From NCBI RefSeq assembly GCF_006345805.1, contig NW_021834268.1, positions 1 to 49,848 of the forward strand: a stretch of DNA of 49,848 nucleotides. The letters are read 5' to 3'. Position 1 is the stretch's first letter, and each line of letters starts with the position of its first letter. This document shows, piece after piece, positions 26,745 to 38,591 of the stretch. Under the pieces are notes generated by a model. That model did not search any database and had not been told where the DNA came from. It was given only the letters and a program-made list of their open reading frames with translations. A program made the translations under genes and the position numbers. This stretch comes from Octopus sinensis (lineage: Eukaryota).

Positions 26745-26920
26745 AAATGAGAAAATGGAGAAATATATCCAAATCAATCATCAACCATCAGATAATACCG
26801 AATCAATACTTTATTAAACCACTACAGAATAGCAATGATATTATACATTAATATAGTACAAATATAACAAGACATAGAAATACATTTACATTGTAGCTGA
26901 CAGCTGTTTCGGCCTTGATA
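26745..26920 (-). mobile_element. Penelope-like terminal remnant with 3' half of a hammerhead
   Basis: Minus caaggcc-GAAA-cagctg-TC (palindromic helix III, GUC triplet); the 5' half is replaced by SINE-derived sequence. Confidence 0.5.
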
Positions 26921-26934
26921 TTGATAAACACATA

Positions 26935-27050
26935 TATGACAAGCTTTTTCAGATTCCGTCAACCAAATCTACTCACAAGGGTTTAGTCGACCCAGGGCTA
27001 TAGTAGAAACACCCGCTCAAAGTGCCACGCAGCTGGACTGAACAGCTTAC
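26935..27050 (-). mobile_element. SINE family C fragment
   Basis: tttcagattccgtcaaccaaatctactcacaagg..gtgccacgcag matches 37210-37320. Confidence 0.75.
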
Positions 27051-27094
27051 AACACAGTCACGCCTGCTTCTATTCAAATATATACATGATATAT

Positions 27095-27320
27095 ATTTCT
27101 TTTGCTACCCACAAGGAGCTAAACATAGAGGGGACAAACAAGGACAGACAAACGGATTAAGTCGATTACATCGACCCAGTGCGAAACTGGTACTTTATTT
27201 ATCGACCCCGAGAGGATGAAAGGCAAAGTCGACCTCGGCGGAATTTGAACTCAGAACGTAGACGAAATACTGCTAAGCATTTCGCCCGGCGTGCTAACGC
27301 TTCTGCCAGCTCGCCGCCTC
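27095..27320 (-). mobile_element. tRNA-derived SINE family A, full length, tail type 1
   Basis: Head aggcggcgagctggcagaagcgttagc; ends ..gtgggtagcaaagaaata followed by tatatc. Confidence 0.92.
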
Positions 27321-28476
27321 TTGCATATAAATCTATGTGCGTATATAGACACAGTTATACATACACATACCTAGTCATGGATGGCTACACACACTAACAC
27401 ACACGTACACATACACATGCAAGTAGTCACACGAGTGTACACACAACCACACACATACGCACGCACACACACACACATACACACTCCCACGCACGCACAT
27501 AATCTCCTTTCCTCTCACCCTTATTCTTCTAAGCAAACACACATCTACACACACATAGAAAGGCATGCATGCACGCAGACATAAAATTAATTCGCGGCCA
27601 AATTTCAGGCAGACGTTGAAGAGAAAGGACAAGCTATTGAAAAGGTCGCGAAAAATAGCGACGAACGGACTTTCACGAAGAAATATAAAATTAGAAAAAA
27701 CCACCTTTTATCAATTCAAAATGAACAATTAAATTACACCATCTAGAAAATTACATATAATAGAAATATTAAATATAAAATAATAATATACCGATGATTA
27801 AGTAATGTGCAAAATAATAAATAAATCGTATATATCATGAATTGATAAAAGGTGTTTTTTTTCTAATTTATATATATATATATATACAGTCTTTTCTGTT
27901 GCTTGACCATTAATACCTGCTATATATCTCTCTTGCTGCCTTCGAAACACACTGCCACACATACATAGACGCACACACACATACATGAAAGCAATTTCTC
28001 ACACTCAAACACTCTAGCACTCATTCTTAAAATAATTCAAATATAAACACCAGTCATACAGAATACATTCACACTCTTTGATTTTCCTGTACCCCACTTC
28101 TCCTAACCGGATTCTGACCTTGAACTATCTTAACGGACATTCTCGTCTGCTTTCACCCAGCCTGGCGTCAACGCATATAGATAGACAGTTTGTGCCATTT
28201 ATTCCATGGGCTCCTCGTGAGCGTTTGTGAAAAGCTTGCTGTGCATTTTGTTGGAGAATTAAGTTCCTGGATTTTCCTGAAGAGAAGGCTGCAAAATGGA
28301 CTCCTTATTCAATCCGAATTAGGGACTTTGCAGCCTTTGAAACATATGTAGAAAATAATAAAAAGGAATTTTGTTAAATCTTCGTTTCTTCCTACACTAA
28401 ATATATATATATTACACACATGTGAGTGAGAACACTTTGAGATATTTTTGGTATCTAACATATGTCAGATACTGCG

Positions 28477-28580
28477 AGCGCTGCTTCTGATTGGTCAATC
28501 CATGGTGATGACCCGAGGTCATGGTGACAGCGCTGCTTCTGATTGGTCAATCCATGGTGATGACCCGACGTCACGGTGAC
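28477..28580. repeat. 52-bp tandem duplication with CCAAT box and palindromes
   Basis: Units 28477-28528 and 28529-28580 differ at 2 positions. Confidence 0.95.
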
Positions 28581-28676
28581 GGCACTACTTTTGTCATTCA
28601 TAAGTTACAACTAAACGTGAAGAATTTAGTTATTGGGTTAATAAAATATGGTCGTTTATTCGTGTGTAATAAATAA

Positions 28677-28777
28677 AATACCAAACTCATTCCCTATGGA
28701 TACCGTATTTATTACAACTCGTTTACAAGCCACTCGTTGTAATAAATACGGTATCCATAGGGAACTCGTTTGGTATT
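28677..28777. other. 101-nt hairpin (42-bp arms, 29-bp perfect core, 17-nt loop)
   Basis: 28690-28718 is the exact reverse complement of 28736-28764; the outer 10 bp are also perfect. Confidence 0.9.
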
Positions 28778-29022
28778 CTCTATATAAACTAATGCACCTG
28801 CTTGTTATTCCTGCACCTGTCTTCGTCGTTTGTTGTTTTCTGTAAATATATCCTTTTATATATGTGTGCTGCAAGATTCTTGATGTGAAACCGTGCGTTG
28901 AAACGGATATTGTTGTATTTCGAGATAGTTATTTTTTCCCTCTTTTTGCCAAATAAACAGGCGCACTATATAATTCACTTTTCACTAATTTATTACTGTT
29001 CTTATTCTAATTTATGTTTATC

Positions 29023-29065
29023 GTCCGGAAATCTTTCGTCACACCTCTGTGAACTCTTCAGCGAC
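29023..29065 (-). ncRNA. Minimal type-I hammerhead ribozyme motif (Penelope-type)
   Basis: gtcg-CUGAAGA-g(t)tcaca(gagg)tgtgac-GAAA-gat-UUC-cggac: intact core, helix II, short helix III and a partial helix I. Confidence 0.6.
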
Positions 29066-29263
29066 ACTTTCTGTCTTCGTGTGTACTCTTGCTCCGCTTT
29101 TATACATATACACACATACGCGAGTAAATATACGGGTAAAACCCTTGCGGTATGCTATATAAAGCTCGTATAAAGTCTTACTCAAAGAAGGTGCATTTCA
29201 CACCTTGAATTGGTGAACAAGTGTAAAAATGTGTCGAAACAATTGTAATGTTTATAGATAATG

Positions 29264-29338
<75 letters not shown>

Positions 29339-29889
29339 TGTATGTATGTATGTATGTATGTATGTATGTGTGTATGTATATACTTACATATATATGTATA
29401 TACATATGCATATATGGGTTCAGGACGTCACATAAGGTAAACAACAGGAAATACGAATACGAAAATATGGAATACGAACTTTTTTGCGAACAGCGAAAGA
29501 AACAATAGTATCGATAATGCCCGAAATTGCGTTTGACTCCTCTTGCTGATAACTGATGAAGAATTTGTGACCTTGTGTGTTTTCTGTTCGCCTGTGCATT
29601 TAGTATGTGTTCGTTTGTTTATTTACAATACGTTTATTTTTAATTATATATATATAGATATGTCATATTTTCCGTTTGTTGTCTTTTTATTTAATCCTGA
29701 AGATATTATTTATGTAACGCACGCACTCATTAATCTTTTACCTATATATATATGTGTGTGCGTGTGTATGTGTGCGTGTGTGTGTGTATGTGAGTGTGTG
29801 TGTATGTGTGCGCGCGCGCGTGTGTGTGTGTAGTTCAAATTTGCAGAAAACAAACGACGAAGACAGGTGAAAGAACAACAAGCAGAGTT

Positions 29890-29994
29890 TGAAGGTTTTT
29901 TAGTTATAGAAATCGACCCCAGGACTTACTCTTTGGAACCCTAGCACTTATTCTATCGGTTTCTTTTTCCAAAACGCTAAGCTACGGGGACGTG

Positions 29995-30055
<61 letters not shown>

Positions 30056-30292
30056 TATATATATATAATATTATATATATATATATAGGCGTAGGAGTGA
30101 CTGTGTGACAAGAAGTTTGCTGCCTGGTCACTAGGTCAAATAGATTTGGACGATGGAAACTGAAAAAAGCCCGTCGTATATACGTGTTTGTGGGCCGGAG
30201 GGGGCTAGCTTCGTGCTTGTCCCAGACAACCGCTTGTTGACTTCCTTTCCATCCCCGCAACTTAGAAGTTCGACGAAATTGACCGATAGAAT
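29890..30292. mobile_element. Two degraded SINE family C fragments in opposite orientation around (TA)n
   Basis: Minus fragment ~29890-29995; plus copy from ataggcgtaggagtgactgtgtg at ~30086. Confidence 0.7.
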
Positions 30293-30419
30293 ATGTCGAA
30301 TGACTGAGACAAGTAAATGTTTTTTTTAGATATATCGTAGTAATATCTAATGTAGTTGTGGTTTACGACCAGTCAGGACGTTACCATTGGTTTCACACTT
30401 TTTATACTCTTAGCAATAT

Positions 30420-30700
30420 AGACGTCTCCCACGGCTAAGAACGTAAAAGGCGCGAAAGCAAAGGTGACTCCCTGACCGGCCATACCAGCCACATAGTTTC
30501 AGGTTCATTCACACTGCGTGGCACCTTAGAACCTAGGGTTGGATTCAAAATTCTACCAGGACACCTGATGAAGGCTGGAGAGTAAATCAGCCGAAATTTT
30601 GTGGTAGCAACAAACAAGATGAGGACAAATATCCGTCCAATGTAAAAAATTGTAAATATTATACAGAATTCCTCATCTCTAAAATATAGAACAATTTATG
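30420..30700 (+). mobile_element. Penelope-like element 3' end (GIY-YIG C-terminal relic plus hammerhead motif)
   Basis: ERKRRES..GTLEP-like translation, followed by cac-CUGAUGA-a-ggctg(10)cagcc-GAAA-tttt-gtg at 30562-30603. Confidence 0.65.
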
Positions 30701-31193
30701 ATTGTTTCAAAAATTCCATGTTGACTTAATCTTGCATCGTGTTTTTAAACGACTCCACAATTAATGATGTAGTCATATCCGTTGTACAGATACCCCGTTC
30801 ATAGAAATGATCCCTCGCAACTCTCTACAAAAATAATATGCTGAAGTGTTTGTCTATCGCTTAAATATAGGACATTAATCAATGTTATAGTGGACGGCAC
30901 AGCGGTCACGTTTATAAACATGATTGAAGATAAGTCAAAATGAATTTGTAGAAATAATTGTAAACTATGAAACAAAAATAATAACGCAAACTCCACTTTT
31001 CAGTGCTTATTACTTCTGTAACCCCTCAGAGGAAACATGACTCCTCCTTCACTCCTCTCCACCCTTCATTTATGGTTTGAGAATAATTCTATAATTGTTG
31101 TAAACTGGAATGGAACTTACTCTCTTTCTGCTCACATCCATTCACCATTTAATGCTACTTGCTTTGCATCTTTTAGAGATAGATTAGATATAA

Positions 31194-31588
31194 CTAGCAG
31201 TATCGCCCGGCGTTGCTCGGGTTTGTAAGGGAAATAACTATATAAGCATTTTTAGAGAGTTATAGCCAAAAAATAGCAAAACAAATGCATTAAAATGGAA
31301 AAAAATGATGGTAAATGTTTTTTAAATCGTTGACTCATCGTAGACATTTTTAGAGAGTTACTTCCCTTATATAATATCGAAAAAATGCATTAAAATGGAA
31401 AAAAATGATGGTAAATTTTTTTTAAATCGTAGACTCATGGTAGACGCGCGCTAATACCCAGAAGGGCTCGATATGAATCACGACTATAAGATACCCGGTT
31501 TTGGTTAAACTGCACCGCAAAATGTGGGAGTAGTTAGGAATCTAAATCGTAGGAGACAGACACACAACCTCTCTTTTATATATAAAGA
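31194..31588 (-). mobile_element. Non-autonomous Helitron, 395 bp
   Basis: Minus 5' TC(tttatatata) and 3' CTAG; GC hairpin cccgagcaacgccggg just upstream of the end; inserted between host A and T; internal ~60-bp duplication. Confidence 0.85.
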
Positions 31589-31920
31589 TAAACTCAAAGA
31601 GCAACTAGAAAGTGAAAGTAGTTTCTAACTTAGGATGTCTCATAGATAGTGGTGGCAATGGTGTTGGAGGTGGTAGATGTGGTTATCATGGCAGTGGTGG
31701 TGTAGTGGTGACAGTGGATGTGTATGATGGCAGAAATTATAGTGTTGGTGTTTTTGTAGAGGTGGTGGTGGCGGTGGCGGCAGTGGATGATGATGATAAT
31801 GATGATGATAGTAGTAGTAGCATTGATTATGTTAGGATGTCTCATGGATGGTAGAGTTGAAGACATTGCAGAGTGTAGTGGTGGTGAAATTGGTGATTTT
31901 GAATATGATGCTGGTATTGA

Positions 31921-32745
31921 TCTGGGGTTGTGGTTGCAGAAGATGGTTGTGGTGGTGGCATTCGAGGTTGTAGTAATGGTTGTAGTGGTGGTTGTGAAGA
32001 TGATTCTGATATTGATAGTCTTTGCATTGAGGTGGTGGCAGAGTCAGAGTAAATAATAAGAGCCGAGTTAACACAAGATTCTTAAATTTCGGAGATCATA
32101 AGATAGAGAGCAAGAAGTTAAAAGTTCCAATACTGGCCCAATACCTACACCCCAGATTCTTCAACTATTTTATAAGAAAGGGGTTAATGGCAGGATAGGG
32201 ATTCAGCTTTAAAATAAATTGTATAACAAAAAATACATAAATAAATTACTGCTCCAACGATGTAATTTTAGTATGTGTGTGTAAGCAATGCAAACAATGG
32301 AAAATAATTTAAACACTCATTTTCTGATGTCTAAGGATGGATATTTATGCGTATGAATCTTTTTCTTTTTATTTTCTTTGAAATATAATTCTAGGGAACT
32401 GAAAAAGCTGTGTACGATGCCAAGCGAATTTAGCTATTTACGATGAGCGGATGTTTACGTTACAAACGAATCTGTAGGTCTGTTTACATGTTTACGTTAA
32501 CTACGTCACAAAATAGCTGTTACGTCACAGTAACAATATTTTGAGAGGCAGTAAATAATATGAGGTCGAAAGAAAGAATATCATTGGTTAAAATTCGAAT
32601 TATTAAACAACGTTAAACTTAGAAATTACAATTCCGTTTTCATTTTGGGTTACAATTATGTTTTCTTTTGACACATTCTACCAGTATACGAAGTTTCAAA
32701 TTGTTTAGTTAACTAAGAAAATCTGGCCTTCAAACTGAAAAGATC
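31921..32745 (-). repeat. Inverted copy of 19777-20955
   Basis: See 19777-20955. Confidence 0.9.
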
Positions 32746-33396
32746 CCGACCAGCACTACCAACACCAACACACGTACCATCACCACCACCACCACTAACA
32801 TCATCACCACTACAAATACTATCCCTACCACCACTACCACCGCTACAACCACAGCCACTAATATATCCTCACTACAACCACCACCACCACCACCACTAAC
32901 ACAGTCACTACTACCACAATACCAATGAATACCACCACTACCACCACCACTGCCGTCACCATCACTAGCACGACCAATACTACCACCACCACCACCACCA
33001 CCAGCAACAACAATCAACAACATCAACACCAAGGCGGGCGTCGTATCTAATACAACCACTAATGCCACGACCACCACCATCACTACCATCATCACAACAA
33101 CAACAACAACAAGAACTAAAGCAATCACCGAACTACCATTCCTAACACCACCTGGTGGGGTGGCGACTCCTGTTGTACTCTTTCGCCCCAACTTTCTCTC
33201 ACTCTTTCTTCCTGTTTTTGTCCCCCGACTTCCTACGCATTCGCTGAGCCTGGATGCTCATTCATACATCCGTCGATGCTCTCGGTGTTGGGGTTTGACC
33301 TGCTTTCACTTCTGCGGGTCTTACGAATAGCAAAGGACCACTTTTCGGACTTCCTCCCATCTTGCGAGCTCTGGGACGAAGACCGTTCGCTCAACA

Positions 33397-33447
<51 letters not shown>

Positions 33448-34432
33448 CTGCCACCACCACCACCACCACCACCACCATCACCACCACCGTCCCCATCATC
33501 ATTAACTTCTCCACCACTAACATCACCATTTACAATGACCGTCAGTAGCTCCACGAGTAAAGCCTCCACAACCATCACCACCACAACCATAACTACAACC
33601 ACCGTCATCGTCAACACCACCACCATCGCTACGACGACAACAAACACACCACCACCACCATCGTTACCACCACCAACACTACCAACATCAACAGCACCAC
33701 CACCGCCACCAACAACAGCAATAACAGCTGCACCACCACTACCACCACCACCATCATCCCAACCATAGTCACCACAACAAAAGCAACCATCACTGCCACC
33801 ACCACCATCACAACCATAACCACCATCACCAACATCAACACCACCACCACCATCACCGCCAACAACAAAAGCTCCACCACCGCCATCACAACCACAGCCA
33901 CCACCACCACTGCCATCTTCACCGTCATCGTCGCGACACCGACGACGACGACGATGACCACCACCACCATCACCACCACTACCACCACTATCACAACCAC
34001 TTCCACCACAACCCTCACCACCAACACCACACCCACCGCCATCACCACAACTTGACAACGTTGACCTCAACGCAAATAACAATACCAACGACGCCATCAT
34101 TAGCATCGATAATAAAACCATGAGAAAGAGATCGAAGACCAATAAAAAAAGAAACGAAACAACAAAATCATCCAAGCTGATCAATTCCACCAAGATCAGA
34201 GATCGATAATGACGCCTTCAAACACTCTCCATTTCGATCACGGAAAATTATTATTTGTGCTCATCATCATCATCAGCATCATCATCATCAGCATCATCAT
34301 CATCATCAGCATCATCATCATCGTCGTCGTCGTCATCGTCATCACCATCATCATCATCATCATCATCATCATCGTCATCATCACCATCATCATCGTCATC
34401 ATCATTCTCATCGTCGTCGTCGTCGTCGTTGC

Positions 34433-34469
<37 letters not shown>

Positions 34470-34760
34470 GTAATCATCATCATCATCATCATCATCATCA
34501 TTGTCATCATCATCATCATCGTCATCATCATCATAATTGTCGTCATCATCATCGTCGTCATCATCATTCTCGTCATCATCGTCATCACCATCATCATCGT
34601 CGTCGCCGTCGTCATTACCATCATCATCATCATCTCGTCATCGCCGTCGTCGTCGTCGTTGTCATCAACATCACATCAACATGATGGATGATGATGATCA
34701 TCATCATAATCACCGTCAGCAGCTACAAGAACAATAACAACAACACCGCCACTACTGCAG

Positions 34761-34812
<52 letters not shown>

Positions 34813-35825
34813 AACTTCTACTACTTCTACTACAACTACAACCGCCACCATCACCACCACCACCACTACCACGGTAACAACCATTCCTCGTTCCATCATC
34901 GCAGACAAAATCCCCATCGCCTTCACCACCACAACCACAATCACCATCACCACCGCCAACAACAGAAATAACAACAGCTCTACCACTATTACCACCACAT
35001 CCACCACCACCATCATCACAACCACCAAGAACAATTGCCAACACCGCCACCATCACCACTATCTCCACCACCATGACAACCACTACCAGTACCATCATAT
35101 CCACCGTAACCACAAACATGACCATCATCACCACAACCACCACCACAACAACCACCCCCACTTCTAGCACATCCACTACCACCACCACCACCATCACAAA
35201 CACCACCACCACCACCTCAACCACCAGCACTACAACCATATCCACTACAACTATCATCACCACCACCAACACCTACAATACCACCACCACCACCACCACC
35301 AACACCACTGCCACTACTACCGCATCGACGACGACCACCACCACCACCTCCATCGTTATCACCACCATTACAACCACCACCACTACTACTACATCCACGA
35401 CCATCACCATCACCACCACCACCACCACCACCACCGCCATCAACACCACCACCACTGCCACCACTATCACCACCTATACAAGCTACTACACCCCCTCCTT
35501 GTCATTCCTTTCCAGTACCGTCTACTGATGTTCATCTACACCAAACTATCTTTACCGATGTTAGAGATATGCAAAAGGTATTTTTTTACCCCCACACACA
35601 AACACACAAAACAAGCATCCGTACAAACTGGGAAGATAAAAAAAAAACATTCAGTACATCCGTATTGTATTCTGTTTGTTATTGCCTTTGTTTATTTTGC
35701 GTTTGTTATTTGCGTGTTATTTTTTTTTTTCATTTTACTTTATTTGTTAAATTATTTCCGCTTCAATTGAAACGTTCTATTCTGCACTTGTTTTACTCTC
35801 AATACCGCTACTGCTGCTGCAGCTT

Positions 35826-35913
<88 letters not shown>

Positions 35914-35930
35914 AGCTTCTATTATTATTG
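32745..35930. repeat. Trinucleotide mosaic (ACC/AAC/ATC/ACT/AGC/GTC)n
   Basis: About 2.8 kb, with non-repetitive islands at ~33150-33390 and ~34050-34260; further (CTA)/(CTG) tract at 35810-35930. Confidence 0.95.
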
Positions 35931-35986
35931 TTGCTATATGCATCATGTCTACACTGTCAAAGACTTGATTGTTTGTTCCTTCCCGA

Positions 35987-36271
35987 GCCACGGCTGGTTC
36001 ATAAGAGCCGGTTTCCCGGTTTCCTTGGCGTATAGGTTCCCGACCTGGACGGGACGCCGGTCCGTCGCAGGTGAGCTGCAAGATGCGGGAGGAAAGAGTG
36101 GGAGAAAGTTGTTGCGAAAGAGTCAGCAGAAGTTTGCCATTACTTTCTGCCAGAGCCGTGTGGAGCCTAGGTGTTTCGCTCATAAACACACACATCGCCC
36201 GGTCTGAGATTCGAACCCGTGATCCCTCGACCGCGAGTCCGCTGCTCTAACCATTTGGCCATGCTCCTCCC
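35987..36271 (-). mobile_element. tRNA-derived SINE (family B variant)
   Basis: Minus head ggaggagcatggccaaatggttagagc..gggttcgaatct; tail shares ccggtttcccggtttc with 8940-9180. Confidence 0.85.
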
Positions 36272-37027
36272 GCAAAGAATTGATAGGGTACGATAAAAAA
36301 CACAATGGGACTATTTGTTAAAGTTATTACCAAACATGTCTTAATTCTAAAGAGGGGGTACTGAAAGAGGGGGTATATCTGTTTCGACCTCCTGATTTAT
36401 TTAGAGAAATTACTGGTATTACAGTATTTCTTACATGAATTCGACATTATAAACTTCATATTCGTCGTCGACAGACTGATCCATTTTGGACAGTCGCGAT
36501 TCCGCTAAATCGTCAATCTCGATTTCGTCATCTTAAATTTTAACTTCCTCGTCATCAACTTCAATGTTGTCACCGAGCATAGAGTGAATTTCTGTCATTG
36601 AATAGATATTCACATCAGAGTCGATCAATGTCATTTACACACGTAAATGTAATATTGATTGACACCAAGTTGTCTTTGATTATCAGAATTGAGCTGCATG
36701 TTTTTAGGAACATTCCAAAAGAGTTAACAAAAGGGAATAATGAATAAAACGTAAAACTGACGTTATTTACTCTTGTCTTTGACATGTCGCATAGGTACAT
36801 ACTAAATACATTTAGTTTCATATCAAATGCACAAAATGCATGAATAATTGCAATAAAGCAAAACGGGGCCGTTGTTTCTTTTACAAAACTTGTAAATTCC
36901 GATACAAAACTCATTCATGTTTACATTCTTTTATACTTATCAATTTGTGTAGCAAGAGTCCTGATGAGAAATCACGTGTTGAAACAGATATTGTTGTGTT
37001 TCGGGATACTCTCTCTTTTTTTTACTC

Positions 37028-37383
37028 TTTTACTTGTTTCAGTCATTTGACTGCGGCCATGCTGGAGCACCACCTTTAGTACTTATTCTATCGGTCTCTT
37101 TTTGCCGAACCGCTAAGTGACGGGGACGTAAACACACCAGCATCGGTTGTCAAGCAATGCTAGGGAGACAAACACAGACACACAAACACACACATATATA
37201 CATATATATACATATACACGACAGGCTTCTTTCAGTTTCCGTCTACCAAATCCACTCACAAGGCATTGGTCGGCCCGGGGCTATAGCAGAAGACACTTGC
37301 CCAAGGTGCCACGCAGTGGGACTGAACCCGCAACCGTGTGGTTGGTTAGCAAGCTACTTACCACACAGCCACTCCTGCGCCTA
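37028..37383 (-). mobile_element. tRNA-derived SINE family C, near full length
   Basis: Minus head ataggcgcaggagtggctgtgtggtaag..gggttcagtcc; tail ggtgctccagcatggccgcagtcaaatgactgaaacaagtaaaa. Confidence 0.9.
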
Positions 37384-37869
37384 TGGTCAATTTTATTTCT
37401 GTTTCTTTTTTTTTTTTTTTGCCAATTCTTTGACAATTCCTCTAAAACTAATCACTACTTTCAATGTTCGTTCATTAAAAAAAATATGCATAAATCGCTC
37501 CATCTTGTGGTGACGAGATTTAAGTTGACGATTATGCAACCGAGAGTGACAATTTTGACTGATAAAATCGAATTTGTGTACTGGCGATCTTTCAATCTAC
37601 CTAATGTATATATATTTTTTTTACAGTAAAAGTGGGTAATATCTTTTTTTTTTATAATTCTCGAGCAAAATAACTCCAAAATATTTTAAGAAAGCAAACA
37701 TCTGCTTTGTATATTGACAGCATCAGTTTTCACACGCACACACAAACATATAAGCATAGTATATTACACACACACACACACACGTGTATATATTTTATAT
37801 TGCGGATATTATTTACTCGGCAGTCACTATATATATTTATCAGAATATTGCTGTCTTTGGTATCGGTTT

Positions 37870-37912
37870 AGTCGTTGTTGGAAGTTTAGTAGTAGTAGTA
37901 GTAGTAATGGTG

Positions 37913-37953
<41 letters not shown>

Positions 37954-37957
37954 GGTG

Positions 37958-38021
<64 letters not shown>

Positions 38022-38386
38022 TAGTAGTAGTAATAGTAGTTGTTGTTGCTCTTTTTCCACTGCTGCTGGTGCTGTTTGTTTTCCGAAAATTTGAGGCCAT
38101 GTGCGCACAATAGAGAACGTCATCATCATCATCATCATCAGCATCATCATCGTCGTCATCGTCGTCGTCGTCTTGTTGTTGTTGCTGCAGTTGTTGCTGT
38201 TCAAGATCTCTTATAGCTTGCTTGATATCGCTCTTTCCAAGAGATATTAATATTTAAAACATATACAAGCGCACAAATACTCCCGCATACAGGCAACTCA
38301 CTTACTCTCTCTCTCTCTTTCACTCTCTCACTCTCTCTCTCTTTTTATCTCCCCCTCGTTCTATCTCTGCTCTCTCTCTCCCTCTG

Positions 38387-38423
<37 letters not shown>

Positions 38424-38532
38424 ATATATGAATCTATCTGTATATATATATATATATATAATATATGCCCATATATATATTTATATATTTATATGCATAT
38501 ATATATATGTATGCATGTATGTATCTCTCTCC

Positions 38533-38591
<59 letters not shown>

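Noticed and set aside
33145-33158. Single CTCF-like 12/14 matches here and at ~37494-37510
   Set aside because: Both miss the strongly conserved C of GGC; expected by chance at this stringency.
33321-34193. 290-aa Gly/Val/Asp-rich ORF, and the similar Thr-, Ile- or Val-rich ORFs in 32730-35528
   Set aside because: Read-through of trinucleotide repeats that lack stop codons; no domain or splice support.
36460-36625. Acidic minus-strand frame (DSDVNIYSMTEIHSMLGDNIEVDDEEVKI*DDEIEIDDL)
   Set aside because: Interrupted by stops and not assignable to a family; probably a decayed transposon piece.
36955-37010. ctgatgag..gaaac hammerhead-like string, with a relative at ~28870-28925
   Set aside because: I could not form a convincing helix II or helix I, and the second copy has lost the core (ttgatgt).
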